Positions 39,624 to 50,647 of a stretch of DNA of 64,000 bases are shown here, piece by piece. How positions within the stretch are numbered: position 1 is the first letter of the stretch; each line of letters begins with the position of its first letter. The notes beneath the pieces were generated by a model that saw only the letters and a program-made list of their open reading frames with translations, did no database searches and was not told where the DNA came from. Source of the DNA: Nitrosarchaeum sp. (lineage in GTDB: Archaea > Thermoproteota > Nitrososphaeria > Nitrososphaerales > Nitrosopumilaceae); NCBI GenBank assembly GCA_965223865.1, contig OZ245020.1, positions 192,001 through 256,000 on the forward strand. The letters run 5' to 3'. The translations under genes were made by a program, and so were the position numbers.

Positions 39624-40676
39624 ATGATTACAAAAACAATTGATGAAAATTCTATTTCATTAATTCCAGAGGATTCAGATGATCTATTGAATGCTCGCAG
39701 AGTAATTAGGGAAGGTGATAAAGTGATTGGAGATACAACTAGAGTAATAAAACAAGATAAAGAATATGCAAGACCAGATAGGGGAGAAAGAATCAAGGTC
39801 CGTGTTGCTCTTACTGTAGAAAAAATTTCACTTGATGATGTTCTAGACAGATTAAGAATAAGTGGCACAATATTAGAATCAAGTAATGAGGCAGTACCTC
39901 ATGGTTCACATCATTCATTTATTCTTAAAGTAAATGACGGCATAACAATTTCAAAGAAAAAATGGTTGCCTATAGAAAAAAGTTTGATTCAATCAAACAA
40001 TAAACAAATAGGATTCGTTTTAGTTGCAATAGATACAGCCGAATGTGGTATTGCAAGATTAAAAGGTACTCACATAGAATTTATTCCAAATATCTATTCT
40101 GGTTCAGGTGGAAAACGCTACAAAACAAATTTCAATATAGAAAAATTCTTTGAACAAATACAACAAGCAGTATTATCTATAATTAGGGATAAAGATTCGA
40201 TAATTATTTTTGGTCCAGGGGAGACAAAAAAGAGATTTGCAAACTTTCTTCAAAAACTATCATCAGCACAAAAATATAAAATTCAAAGTATAGAAGGAAT
40301 TGATTCTGGAGGCGAGGACGGAATTTACACCTTTACAAAATCAAAAGCCATGAAAGAAGTAATGTCTGAGAGCAAATTAGCCAAAGTTTCTGAAATAATT
40401 GATGAGGTGATGAAAAGGGCCAATCAGAAAAGCAGGAAATTTACCATGGGTTTTGATGAAACCGTACAAGCAAATGAATTTGGTGCAATAGAATCCCTTG
40501 TTTTCTCAGATAGCGCAATTCAAACAAATGATGAATCAAAAGTAATTGAATTTTTGAATGAGGCTGAAAATAAAGGGGTTAAAACATACAGCGTAGATTC
40601 TTCTACCGATGTAGGGCTAAGAGTAACAGGCCTAGGAGGAATTATTTCCTTGTTACGGTATGCAATTGAAGCTTAA
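39624..40676 (+). CDS. pelA: Pelota (Dom34) ribosome rescue factor
   Basis: PEDSDDL, RLRISG, HHS, GPG and LGGIISLLRY motifs. Confidence 0.92.
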   Translation: MITKTIDENSISLIPEDSDDLLNARRVIREGDKVIGDTTRVIKQDKEYARPDRGERIKVRVALTVEKISLDDVLDRLRISGTILESSNEAVPHGSHHSFILKVNDGITISKKKWLPIEKSLIQSNNKQIGFVLVAIDTAECGIARLKGTHIEFIPNIYSGSGGKRYKTNFNIEKFFEQIQQAVLSIIRDKDSIIIFGPGETKKRFANFLQKLSSAQKYKIQSIEGIDSGGEDGIYTFTKSKAMKEVMSESKLAKVSEIIDEVMKRANQKSRKFTMGFDETVQANEFGAIESLVFSDSAIQTNDESKVIEFLNEAENKGVKTYSVDSSTDVGLRVTGLGGIISLLRYAIEA

Positions 40677-40984
40677 CTTGTAGAATCTATTAGCCATTTT
40701 AGATATGGTTGGTTTATTGAAGATATATCGATCTCGGCAATTTCTGGTACCTGATATGGATGAGTCTCTTTGATTTTCTCTTTGAGAATTTTTTTGTTTT
40801 TGTAAGTAGTTTTAAAAATAGCAATAAACTCTGAGGAGTTTTCAATTTTTCCTTCCCAAGAATAGATAGAAGAAATTTTTGTGATGTTCACACAAGCTAC
40901 AAGTTTTTTCTTTACTAATTGATTGGCAATGGAGGTAATTGATTTTTTGTTGGGATAAGTTGAGATAATCATTATTGGTTTCAT
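40673..40984 (-). CDS. cutA: Divalent-cation tolerance protein CutA
   Basis: LVACVNI, SIYSWEG and HPYQVPEI motifs. Confidence 0.93.
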   Translation of the reverse strand: MKPIMIISTYPNKKSITSIANQLVKKKLVACVNITKISSIYSWEGKIENSSEFIAIFKTTYKNKKILKEKIKETHPYQVPEIAEIDISSINQPYLKWLIDSTS

Positions 40985-41027
40985 AGTAACCGATAAATGT
41001 ACGTAGTTTAAAAAATTAACAACTAGT

Positions 41028-42224
41028 TTGGAACTTGATTTTATTACAGAAAATTCGATTATCTATGTCTTAATAGCTTGGGTTGCAATTATTGTAACTG
41101 CCAAAGTTTTAAAATTAGAAAGATATGGTTTTGAATTAAAAAGTTACAGTCTAGTATACAAAAATAAACAGGTACAGTCGGTTCTCACAAAAATTTTAGG
41201 AAGAACAAGAAGAGGAATTAGAGTTTTTGCTGATGTCAGTGTAATAGCTGGCTTTATCATGATGGGGTTTGCTTTTTGGTTTTTACTATCAAATGTTTCA
41301 AAGTTTTTTGTAGAGCCCTCAGAATTTGCAGAATTAACAGTGCTAATACCAGGAGTTACTTTAACATCCTCAGCATCAATTGTTAATTTCTTGCTCTCTA
41401 TTCCGATTGTTTTGGTAATTCATGAAGGAGCACATGGAATTGTTGCTACTCTTGAAAAAATAAAGATCAAAACAGGAGGCTTTGCGATATTTATTGCAAT
41501 GTTTGCAGGATTTGTTGAACCAGATGAAGAAGAGTTTAATAAAGCAAAAAAGATTTCAAAACTAAGAGTAATTGGTGCTGGTGCCACATCAAATGTAATT
41601 TTTGCATTTGCATTAGGTGCAATTCTTCTAACAAATCCGTTTTTTGCAATGATCTTACCAGAGCCATTGTTAAGCACATTTTATGATTTACCTGAAGGTG
41701 TTCTGATTCTATCAATAATTGAAAATTCTGGTGCAGAAAAAGCTGGATTGCTTGCAAATGATATTATTACATCAATAAATGACGTCCAAATTTTTAGTCC
41801 GATAGATTTTCCTGCGCTGAATCCTGGAGATACTGCAAGTGTTTCAGTTCTTAGAGATGGTCAACCCTTAGATTTCTCAGTTGAAATTATTCCTTCAGAA
41901 GATGATCCAGAAAGAGGACTAATTGGAATAATGAGAGATAACTCATTTGCCTACAAACCTGTTCTTGATTTTATTGAATGGAACAATCCTCAAGTCTCTA
42001 TGTTCCTGTTATGGTTATGGATGATTTCATTTTTTATTGGAATAATCAATATGCTTCCACTACCAATACTTGATGGGGGTAAATTTATTCATACAATTAT
42101 TGATAAGAGAATTTCAGATAGTGCCGTAAATGGATTAATGTGGGGAATTTACGCATTTACATTTGCACTATTTGGCCTAAATATTGCATTATCATATGTA
42201 AAATCAGGCTGGTTTACAATATAG
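41028..42224 (+). CDS. Site-2 protease (M50) with PDZ domain
   Basis: HEGAH, AGATSN and NMLPLPILDGG motifs. Confidence 0.93.
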   Translation: MELDFITENSIIYVLIAWVAIIVTAKVLKLERYGFELKSYSLVYKNKQVQSVLTKILGRTRRGIRVFADVSVIAGFIMMGFAFWFLLSNVSKFFVEPSEFAELTVLIPGVTLTSSASIVNFLLSIPIVLVIHEGAHGIVATLEKIKIKTGGFAIFIAMFAGFVEPDEEEFNKAKKISKLRVIGAGATSNVIFAFALGAILLTNPFFAMILPEPLLSTFYDLPEGVLILSIIENSGAEKAGLLANDIITSINDVQIFSPIDFPALNPGDTASVSVLRDGQPLDFSVEIIPSEDDPERGLIGIMRDNSFAYKPVLDFIEWNNPQVSMFLLWLWMISFFIGIINMLPLPILDGGKFIHTIIDKRISDSAVNGLMWGIYAFTFALFGLNIALSYVKSGWFTI

Positions 42225-42268
42225 AAAATTCCTAAAGAATCATTAATGAAAAAATAATACCTACCATA

Positions 42269-43180
42269 ATGAATTGTGACAGATGTGAAAATCAAGCAGT
42301 TTACACTCGTAAATATTCTGGAGAAAAATTATGTTCTTCATGTTTTTCCAAATCGATTTTAAGAAAAACCGCAAAAACGATTTCAAAATACAAAATGATT
42401 CAAAATAACGAACTTGTTGCAGTTGCAGTATCTGGTGGAAAGGATTCACTTGCATTACTTAAAATAATTAATGACATGTCTGCTACACATAATTTTAGAG
42501 TCAAGGCCATTACAATTGATGAAGGAATTCCTGGTTACAGAAATGAAGCCCTTGAGATTGTTGAGAACTTTTGTTCAGAATTAGGCATAGATCATAAAGC
42601 ATACTCTTACAAAGAATTATTTGATTTAACCTTGGATAATGCACTTGAATTACGAGAAAATGAAAACACTTCTTGTTCGATTTGTGGAACTCTAAGAAGA
42701 CGCGCAATTGATCATGCGGCAAAAGATATTGGTGCAGATGTGATTGCAACTGGCCACAATCTTGATGATACATTACAAACATTTGTAATCAATATGCTAT
42801 CAGGCGATACAAACAAAATCGGTTGGATGGATCCTGATAATTCTCAAAATTCTTTGAGAAAAATAAAACCATTTTGTGAAATTTATGAATCTGAAATTGT
42901 GTTTTATGCTTTTACAAACAATATTCCATTTCAATCAGAACCTTGTCCCCATATGAACGAAGGAATAAGAACTGAAATTAGAGAATTTCTAAATTCTTTG
43001 GAAAGTCAACATAGTGGAATTAAAAATAATTTGTATCAGTCTATTGTTAAAGTTTCACAAATTGTAAAGAATTCAGACTACAAGAAAAAGATACTTTGTC
43101 AAAAATGTGGTAATGAGTGTACTGGAAAAATATGTTCTGTTTGTAGTTTAGTTTTAAAACTAAAAGAAAATCAAACCTAA
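42269..43180 (+). CDS. tRNA 2-thiolation protein (TtuA/NcsA/Ctu1 family)
   Basis: SGGKDS PP-loop, CSICG, TGHNLDD, CP and terminal zinc fingers. Confidence 0.9.
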   Translation: MNCDRCENQAVYTRKYSGEKLCSSCFSKSILRKTAKTISKYKMIQNNELVAVAVSGGKDSLALLKIINDMSATHNFRVKAITIDEGIPGYRNEALEIVENFCSELGIDHKAYSYKELFDLTLDNALELRENENTSCSICGTLRRRAIDHAAKDIGADVIATGHNLDDTLQTFVINMLSGDTNKIGWMDPDNSQNSLRKIKPFCEIYESEIVFYAFTNNIPFQSEPCPHMNEGIRTEIREFLNSLESQHSGIKNNLYQSIVKVSQIVKNSDYKKKILCQKCGNECTGKICSVCSLVLKLKENQT

Positions 43181-43211
43181 TGCAAATATAATATACATTT
43201 GTAGAAAAATC

Positions 43212-43527
43212 GGTAGTAGGTAGGATCGGGGTGCTAGCCGTGCCCTTTTCTGAAACCGGCTATATGCAGAGATCAGTAACTGTTGGGTAAATCTCTAGAT
43301 TGGTAATTCCCGCTTGGTGTGCGGAAATGAAATCACGCCGAGGCGGGTGGTTGCAGGACTAGAATTATCCGAAGGGATGACTTCTAAGACCGAACCATCG
43401 AAAGGGATGAGGTCCGGGAGGGAGCAATCCTAAGGTGGAGCATCCACGCTTCCTCGTCAACGTGGCGGATCTTGTATGCCTTGAAATGGGGCTATCTGTC
43501 TAGACTGGAACCAACAGATCTACTACC
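43212..43527 (+). ncRNA. ffs: Archaeal SRP RNA
   Basis: About 315 nt, GC-rich; ends pair (GGTAGTAG/CTACTACC); helix-8 motif GGTCCGGGAGGGAGCA at 43411; upstream TATA. Confidence 0.92.
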
Positions 43528-43556
43528 TTTATTATTAAAAATAGATTTTCAATTGT

Positions 43557-43889
43557 ATGGAAGGTCTTGTGTCTTTTGGTAACAAAAGAAGATATAATGA
43601 TTTTAAGAGGCAAATCCCTCCTGCAACTCAACCCTTTTTCGATCTAATTAGAAAATATTGTCTTTCTTTAGGAGAAAATGTTGTAGAAGATGTTAGAATG
43701 CACAGAATTGTTTTTGGAAAATCAATAACCTTCAGATGGTTTGCAGATGTTAAACCAGAAAAAGATGGAATAATAATCAAAATTCAGAAAAACCGTAAGA
43801 TACCACCTGAAATTTTTCAGCTAAAAAATGATCAAAAAAATCTAGAATTCATGGATTTAATTAAAAATGCCTTTGAGGAAATTCGTTAG
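43557..43889 (+). CDS. Hypothetical protein (DUF5655-like)
   Basis: Clean ORF; family call is from pattern recall only. Confidence 0.6.
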   Translation: MEGLVSFGNKRRYNDFKRQIPPATQPFFDLIRKYCLSLGENVVEDVRMHRIVFGKSITFRWFADVKPEKDGIIIKIQKNRKIPPEIFQLKNDQKNLEFMDLIKNAFEEIR

Positions 43890-44164
43890 TATAAAACATC
43901 AAATTTTGTAAATTCGCCTGTAAATTTTTCATTAATAATTTCTACATCTTCTACTCTAGCATTAGCTGGTCCTCCATGAGACCATTCAATTAATCGGCTA
44001 ACTTTTTCATCTTCACCCTCCAAAACAGCTTCAACTCTCCCATCTTTGAGATTTTTTACCCATCCAAATACACTATTTTTTTTTGCCATTACTTTAAGGG
44101 CTTGACGAAAAAATACTCCCTGAACTTTCCCGGTAACAAAGATTCGAATTCTTTGTTTTGACAT
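43886..44164 (-). CDS. acyP: Acylphosphatase
   Basis: GKVQGVFFR and GWVKNLKDGRVE motifs. Confidence 0.95.
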   Translation of the reverse strand: MSKQRIRIFVTGKVQGVFFRQALKVMAKKNSVFGWVKNLKDGRVEAVLEGEDEKVSRLIEWSHGGPANARVEDVEIINEKFTGEFTKFDVLY

Positions 44165-44214
44165 GAAAAAATTATTACATTTTGCTATTAATCAAGTTTA
44201 GGAAGGTTTTGAAA

Positions 44215-44949
44215 TTACTTTCTCTCTTTTATTCTTGCTCTACCAGTCTTTCTGGCAGCAATGCTTCCAACTTTAGCACCTGGAGGAGCATCTCTTGATA
44301 CAGTTGAACTTTGTCCTACATGTTGATGTCGTCCACCACCGTGTGGGTGTACATAAGCTGCTTGTGCAACACCCCTAACAATTGGGTATTTTTTTCCTTT
44401 TGCTTTAAAATTTCTCCATTTTCCACCAGCACTCATAAATGGTCTTTCACTAACACCGCCTCCAGCAAGAGTTCCAATCATTGCTCGATTTTTAGGATTA
44501 ACTGTAGTAAATTTTCCAGATGGAAGTTTTATGGTAACACCATCATCTCCATGAGAAAATATTGTTGCATTAGTTCCAGCAGATTTTACAATCGCACCGC
44601 CATCACCAAAATGCTTTTCTACATTACAAACAATAGTTCCATCTGGAATATTTTGAACGCTAATAACATTACCTTGTTCAATTTTTGATTTTAATCCAAA
44701 GTGTAAAGTTGAGCCCACCCTAGTTCCAAGAATTGCTGGAATAAATGACATCGAACCGTCTTCAAATCTAACTTTGGCAAGAGGTGCTTCTCTACCGCGT
44801 TCATGTACCAAGTCAATAACCAAGCCTTCATGTTGCTCAGAAAGTGAAAATCGTGGATATTTTGCCTTAGTTCCTACTTTACCAGTAGCTGTTGATCTAA
44901 ATTGAGAACCTCCACGGCCACGTCTTCTTACTAATGGTCTCTTACCCAA
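44215..44949 (-). CDS. rpl2: 50S ribosomal protein L2
   Basis: MGKR...RRGRG and VRGVAQAAYVHPHGGG. Confidence 0.97.
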   Translation of the reverse strand: MGKRPLVRRRGRGGSQFRSTATGKVGTKAKYPRFSLSEQHEGLVIDLVHERGREAPLAKVRFEDGSMSFIPAILGTRVGSTLHFGLKSKIEQGNVISVQNIPDGTIVCNVEKHFGDGGAIVKSAGTNATIFSHGDDGVTIKLPSGKFTTVNPKNRAMIGTLAGGGVSERPFMSAGGKWRNFKAKGKKYPIVRGVAQAAYVHPHGGGRHQHVGQSSTVSRDAPPGAKVGSIAARKTGRARIKERK

Positions 44950-45054
44950 GTAGATCGTTTTCTAATCATTAAGGATTTTAAGCTTGTGATTATACTCGTG
45001 TTATTTAGAGAAATTACCACAAAGATATAAAAATTAGACAGGGGATTTTTCTTT

Positions 45055-47241
45055 ATGAGTCAAAATGCACTTTCTCTCAAAGTTCTAGAAGCATATACAC
45101 GAGATGTTGGTAGAGGAGTAGCAAGAATTGACTATGATTCAATGGATACACTAAATGCCTCAACTGGAGATGTAATTGAGATTAAAGGTAAGAGAAGAAC
45201 AGTAGCAAAATGTCTTCCACTTTATCCTTCAGATGAAGGTAAAGGAATTATCAGAATTGATGGACTTGGTCGTAATAATTCAGGAATTGCAATAGGTGAT
45301 ACAATAACTGTAAGAAAAATTAAAGCAGTAGCAGCTGAAAAAGTCGTAGTAGCTCCCTTAGAAGCTATTCCTCCAATTGATGAGCGCTATCTTGCAGATG
45401 CATTAGAAAGCGTACCATTAATCAAAGGAGATAATGTAATGGTTCCATACTTTGGAGGCCGTTTAACTTTTCAAGTAATAGGTGTCACTCCAGCAGCTGA
45501 TGCAGTTCTAGTTACTCAAAAAACTGTTTTCCACATTGCCGAAAAAGGAGAAACATTGCGTGGTGTACCTCAAGTAACCTATGAAGACATTGGTGGATTA
45601 ACTGATGAAATCAAAAAAGTACGTGAAATGATTGAGTTACCTCTAAGACATCCAGAAATTTTTGAAAAACTAGGAATTGAAGCTCCAAAAGGGGTTTTGC
45701 TTTATGGTCCTCCAGGTACTGGTAAGACATTACTAGCTAAAGCAGTTGCAAATGAAAGTAATGCCCATTTCATTAGTATTTCAGGTCCTGAAATTATGAG
45801 TAAATTTTATGGTGAAAGTGAAGCAAGGTTAAGAGAAATTTTCAAGGAAGCTAGAGAAAAGGCTCCATCAATTATTTTCGTGGATGAAATTGATTCTATT
45901 GCTCCAAAAAGAGAAGAGGTTACAGGTGAAGTAGAGAGAAGAGTTGTTTCACAGATGTTATCTTTAATGGATGGATTAGAAGCTAGAGGTAAGGTAATTG
46001 TTATTTCAGCAACCAATAGACCAAACGCAATCGATCCTGCTCTTAGAAGACCAGGAAGATTTGATAGAGAGATAGAGATTAAGGTTCCAGACAAAAAGGG
46101 AAGAAAAGACATTCTTGCAATCCATAGCAGAAATATGCCATTATCAGATGATGTTAATCTTGATAAGATTTCATCTGTTAGCCATGGGTATGTAGGAGCT
46201 GACTTGGAATATCTCTGTAAGGAGGGAGCAATGAAATGTCTCAGAAGATTGCTTCCAGAACTAAACCTTGAAGAAGAAAAGATTCCACCTGAGACTCTTG
46301 ATAAGTTAGTTGTAAATCATGAAGACTTTCAAAAAGCACTGATTGAAGTTACACCCTCAGGAATGAGAGAAGTTTTCATTGAAAACCCAGATGTAAAATG
46401 GGAAGAAGTTGGTGGATTAGAAGATGTAAAACGTGAACTTCAAGAAGCTGTTGAATGGCCAATGAAGTATCCTGGATTATATGATAAATTAGGACATAAT
46501 ATGCCAAGAGGAATTTTGTTACACGGACCAAGTGGAACTGGAAAAACCTTACTGGCAAAAGCAGTTGCAACTCAAAGTGAAGCAAATTTTGTTTCAGTTA
46601 GAGGTCCTGAATTACTCTCCAAATGGGTAGGAGAATCAGAAAGAGGAATTAGAGAGATCTTCAAAAGAGCAAGACAATCAGCACCTTGTGTAGTATTCTT
46701 TGATGAAATTGATTCGATTGCTCCAATTAGAGGAGCAGGCGGAGAGACAGCAGTTACAGAAAGAGTTGTCAGTCAATTACTTACAGAGTTGGATGGAATG
46801 GAGAACATGCACGGAGTAGTTGTCTTAGCTGCTACAAATAGAGCAGATATGATTGATCCTGCATTATTACGACCAGGAAGATTTGATAAAATTATTCAGA
46901 TTCCACTGCCAGATAAAGAAAGTAGAAAGAGTATATTGAAGATCAACGCTGAAAAAATTCCAACAATTAGTGACAAAAACGATCCACAACATGTTGATTT
47001 TGAGAAACTTGCAGATATGACTGATGGGTTGAGTGGTGCCGATACAGCAGCTATTGCAAATACTGCAGTATCTTTAGTCATTCATGAATTCTTAGACTCT
47101 CATCCAGACGTTAAAGATGTTGAGAAAAAGAGCATTGATGCCAAAGTTACCATGAAACAATTTGAAGAGGCAGTAAAGAAAGTAAGAGAACAAAAAGACC
47201 TCAAGATGGGCGAAAAACTAGTAGCATCCTATTACAGGTAG
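45055..47241 (+). CDS. cdc48: CDC48/VCP AAA+ ATPase
   Basis: Two AAA modules ([16 protein letters not shown]), RPGRFD and a C-terminal YYR. Confidence 0.97.
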   Translation: MSQNALSLKVLEAYTRDVGRGVARIDYDSMDTLNASTGDVIEIKGKRRTVAKCLPLYPSDEGKGIIRIDGLGRNNSGIAIGDTITVRKIKAVAAEKVVVAPLEAIPPIDERYLADALESVPLIKGDNVMVPYFGGRLTFQVIGVTPAADAVLVTQKTVFHIAEKGETLRGVPQVTYEDIGGLTDEIKKVREMIELPLRHPEIFEKLGIEAPKGVLLYGPPGTGKTLLAKAVANESNAHFISISGPEIMSKFYGESEARLREIFKEAREKAPSIIFVDEIDSIAPKREEVTGEVERRVVSQMLSLMDGLEARGKVIVISATNRPNAIDPALRRPGRFDREIEIKVPDKKGRKDILAIHSRNMPLSDDVNLDKISSVSHGYVGADLEYLCKEGAMKCLRRLLPELNLEEEKIPPETLDKLVVNHEDFQKALIEVTPSGMREVFIENPDVKWEEVGGLEDVKRELQEAVEWPMKYPGLYDKLGHNMPRGILLHGPSGTGKTLLAKAVATQSEANFVSVRGPELLSKWVGESERGIREIFKRARQSAPCVVFFDEIDSIAPIRGAGGETAVTERVVSQLLTELDGMENMHGVVVLAATNRADMIDPALLRPGRFDKIIQIPLPDKESRKSILKINAEKIPTISDKNDPQHVDFEKLADMTDGLSGADTAAIANTAVSLVIHEFLDSHPDVKDVEKKSIDAKVTMKQFEEAVKKVREQKDLKMGEKLVASYYR

Positions 47242-47274
47242 TTTTTATTAAATAGCCAAAACTAATCCTCGTAA

Positions 47275-48564
47275 ATGTCTGATTTTAGAGGGTATACTGG
47301 TAAATCACTGGAATTTCTAAAAAACAACAATATCAAGATAGGAGATTCTGTAAAAATTCTTGCAGATATTTCATATTCAGGAATTATTATGCCCAGATAT
47401 GAGCACAGTGATGACAAACACCTTGTTCTTAAACTAAAAAGTGGATACAACGTTGGATTAGAATTAGATAAAGTAGAAAAAGTAGAAAAAATTCCTTCTG
47501 ATGAAAAAAAGGTAGAGCATAAAAATAATATTGAAAAAAATCCTTCTTTACCTAAAATTCTTTTGTTATCTACAGGTGGAACAATTGCAAGTAAGGTAGA
47601 CTATAGAACAGGAGCAGTAACTCCTGTTTTAACAGCTGAGGAATTAAATTCCTCTGTTCCAGAACTTGCCAAAATAGCAAATATTGAGGCCGAAGTGTTA
47701 TTCTCTGAATATTCAGAAAATATTATGCCTGATCATTGGCTAAAAATTGCCGACAAACTAGATCAATACAGTAAATCAGATTATGCAGGAATTATTGTAG
47801 CGCATGGTACAGATACAATGCATTACACTTCGTCATTTCTATCATTTGCTTTATCAGGATATCCAATTCCAATAGCACTAGTTGGTTCGCAAAGATCTTC
47901 AGACCGTGCATCCTCTGATGCTGCACTAAATCTTATTGGAGCAGCTAGATTTCTTGTAGAATGTAAAACAAATGGAGTATACGTTGTAATGCATCAAGAT
48001 GAAAATGATGGAATAATTGCATGTCACTTTGGAACAAGAGTAAGAAAAAATCATACTAGTAAACGAGGTGCATTTCAAACAATAGGAGATGTTCCCGCCT
48101 TTACTGTTGAAAATGATAAAATTCATAGAAACAATATGAAAAACTTTTTTGAGAAAAAAGAATACCGACCTAAAATTAATCTTAAAACAAATGTTGCATT
48201 GATAAAATATTATCCAGGATTTGATCCGGAACTGTTAGAGAAAGTTTTAGAGATGAATTATCAAGCAATAATTCTTGAAGGGACAGGACTTGGGCATGTT
48301 GGTAAGACAATTTATGATAAAGTAAAAAAAGCAAATGAAAAAGGCATTTTTGTAGGCATGACATCGCAGTGTATTGACGGTAGAGTAAGAATGACAGTTT
48401 ATGAAAGCGGCAGAGATTTACTTGATTTAGGAATAATTCCTTTAGAAGATATGATTCCTGAAGTAGCCCTTGTAAAAGCCATGTGGGGATTGGGAAATTC
48501 TAACAATATAGAGGAACTAAGAAAAATTATGCTGGAAAATATTGCATCAGAGATATCAAATTGA
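47275..48564 (+). CDS. gatD: Glu-tRNA(Gln) amidotransferase subunit D
   Basis: KLKSGYNVG, TGGTIASKVDY, HGTDTM and GSQRSSDR motifs. Confidence 0.96.
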   Translation: MSDFRGYTGKSLEFLKNNNIKIGDSVKILADISYSGIIMPRYEHSDDKHLVLKLKSGYNVGLELDKVEKVEKIPSDEKKVEHKNNIEKNPSLPKILLLSTGGTIASKVDYRTGAVTPVLTAEELNSSVPELAKIANIEAEVLFSEYSENIMPDHWLKIADKLDQYSKSDYAGIIVAHGTDTMHYTSSFLSFALSGYPIPIALVGSQRSSDRASSDAALNLIGAARFLVECKTNGVYVVMHQDENDGIIACHFGTRVRKNHTSKRGAFQTIGDVPAFTVENDKIHRNNMKNFFEKKEYRPKINLKTNVALIKYYPGFDPELLEKVLEMNYQAIILEGTGLGHVGKTIYDKVKKANEKGIFVGMTSQCIDGRVRMTVYESGRDLLDLGIIPLEDMIPEVALVKAMWGLGNSNNIEELRKIMLENIASEISN

Positions 48565-48575
48565 GGTGATTATGA

Positions 48576-50480
48576 ATGTCTAGTTTTTCTATAGAAGATA
48601 TCGGATTAAAGGTTGGTCTTGAAATACATCAACAGTTAGCTACAAACAAAAAGCTATTTTGTAATTGTTTACCAGTAGAGTCAGAAGAATATACATTAAA
48701 TTTTCAGAGAAAATTAAGAGCAGTAAAAAGTGAATTAGGGCATTATGATCCGGCAGCATTATTTGAAAAATCAAAATCTAAAACAATCAGGTATTTTGCA
48801 AATCCTCAAAGTAGTTGTCTAGTTGAACAAGATGAAGAACCACCTCATGATTTAGATGAAGATGCAAAAAAATTGGCACTGGTTATTGCTTCATCATTAC
48901 ATTCACATGTCTTTTCAGAAATTTATCCCATGAGAAAAACTGTAATTGATGGTTCAAACACTACTGGATTTCAAAGAACCATGTTGATTTCTCAGGGAGG
49001 ATTCATTGAAGTAGATAATGAAAAAGTTGGTGTGCAGTCAATATGTTTGGAAGAAGATGCAGCAAAGCTTCTTGGTGACAAAGGTTCTATTCGAGAATAC
49101 AGTTTAGATCGTCTTGGAGTACCATTAGTGGAGATTGCTTTAGAGCCAGTACAAGGAGAGGCAAAAAAAATTAAAAATATCGCATTATCTCTTGGCAGAC
49201 TTTTACGCAGTACCAAAAAGGTTACACGCGGAATAGGATCAATTAGGCAAGACGTTAATGTATCTGTAAAAAATGGTGGAGGGGTTGCTGAAGTTAAAGG
49301 AGTTCAACAATTAGATCAATTAGAAAAAGTGGTAGAATTTGAGGCTAAAAGACAACATGGATTAGTAAAAATAGCTGAAAAAATACAAAAATCAAATTTT
49401 GAGGACATTTCAAAAGAAAGTGATGTTTTTGATATTACTGAAAAATGGAAGGAGTGCAAATCAAAAATTATTCAAAAAGCACTAAAGGAGAGTTTTAGAA
49501 TCAAAGTAATTCGCATAAAGAATTTTGCAGGAATGTTTGAATTTTCTCCATATGAAGGCATTAGATTAGGAAAAGAAATTGGGCAACTGGTAAAATTTTT
49601 TGGAATTGGTGGAGTCTTTCATTCGGATGAGTTACCAAACTATGGAATTGAGGAAAGTGATATTTCTGTTGTAAAAAATATAATTAAAACAAACAAAAAT
49701 GATGCATTTTTAATTATTGCAGCGCCATCAGAAAAAATTGATTTTGCAATAGATTCTATAATTAATAGAATAAGAGAGGCAAAAAAGGGCGTCCCTGCTG
49801 AAACCAGATTAGCCACTCAAATAGGAGAAACAGTATTTCTTCGACCTCGTCCAGGTGCATCAAGAATGTATCCTGAAACAGATATTCCTCCACTTATTAT
49901 TACACAAAAAGAGTTAGATTATGCAAAAAATAACATTCCAAAATCCTGGGATGAATCTCTTGCAGAAATAATTAGTAAATATAACTTGAATCAACAACTA
50001 GCTGAACAAATTTTTGATTCACAATATATTGAATTATTTGAAAAAATAACTCAAAGAGTTAAAGTAAATCCTACATTTGTTGCATCAATTCTTTGTTCCA
50101 CAATAACTAATCTAGAAAGAAATGGGTTGAATTCTCAATTATTATCAAACAATGAAATCTTAAAATCATTTGAGTTACTAGAATCTGAAAAAATTGCCAA
50201 AGAGTCAATAGAAATGATCTATGAAAATATTATGGCTGGAAAAGCAAATTCTATTGAAGAAGCAATGATAAATGTATCAATTGAGACTGTAAACAAGGAC
50301 GAATTAGAACAAATTTTGGAAAAAATTGTTGAGAGTAACAAGGATATGATTAAAAATCAAAAAGAAAGAGCAATTGGTCCATTAATGGGAATGACAATGA
50401 AGGAATTACGAGGAAAAGCATCAGGCGAGATGGTAAACTCTATACTTTTGAAAAAGATCAATAGCGTTTTAGAAAATTAA
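48576..50480 (+). CDS. gatE: Glu-tRNA(Gln) amidotransferase subunit E
   Basis: GLEIHQQL, DGSNTTGFQRT, HSDELP and RMYPETD motifs. Confidence 0.96.
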   Translation: MSSFSIEDIGLKVGLEIHQQLATNKKLFCNCLPVESEEYTLNFQRKLRAVKSELGHYDPAALFEKSKSKTIRYFANPQSSCLVEQDEEPPHDLDEDAKKLALVIASSLHSHVFSEIYPMRKTVIDGSNTTGFQRTMLISQGGFIEVDNEKVGVQSICLEEDAAKLLGDKGSIREYSLDRLGVPLVEIALEPVQGEAKKIKNIALSLGRLLRSTKKVTRGIGSIRQDVNVSVKNGGGVAEVKGVQQLDQLEKVVEFEAKRQHGLVKIAEKIQKSNFEDISKESDVFDITEKWKECKSKIIQKALKESFRIKVIRIKNFAGMFEFSPYEGIRLGKEIGQLVKFFGIGGVFHSDELPNYGIEESDISVVKNIIKTNKNDAFLIIAAPSEKIDFAIDSIINRIREAKKGVPAETRLATQIGETVFLRPRPGASRMYPETDIPPLIITQKELDYAKNNIPKSWDESLAEIISKYNLNQQLAEQIFDSQYIELFEKITQRVKVNPTFVASILCSTITNLERNGLNSQLLSNNEILKSFELLESEKIAKESIEMIYENIMAGKANSIEEAMINVSIETVNKDELEQILEKIVESNKDMIKNQKERAIGPLMGMTMKELRGKASGEMVNSILLKKINSVLEN

Positions 50481-50484
50481 TGTA

Positions 50485-50501
50485 TGCGGGAAGTGGGATT
50501 T
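50485..50501 (-). repeat. att-like relic of a tRNA 3' end (probably tRNA-Leu)
   Basis: Reverse complement AAATCCCACTTCCCGCA looks like a T-loop 3' half, acceptor strand and A73; sits exactly where core genes stop. Confidence 0.65.
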
Positions 50502-50647
50502 AGGCTCTACATGTAGGGAATTAACATCATTTTCTAAAATTGTACAATGAAAAACCGTCTTGTTCATTTAAAGTCATATTTGTTTAAAAGGATAACGTTA
50601 TTGAGATTTGAAACTATAATTGAAATTTGATTGGAAGCACTACATGC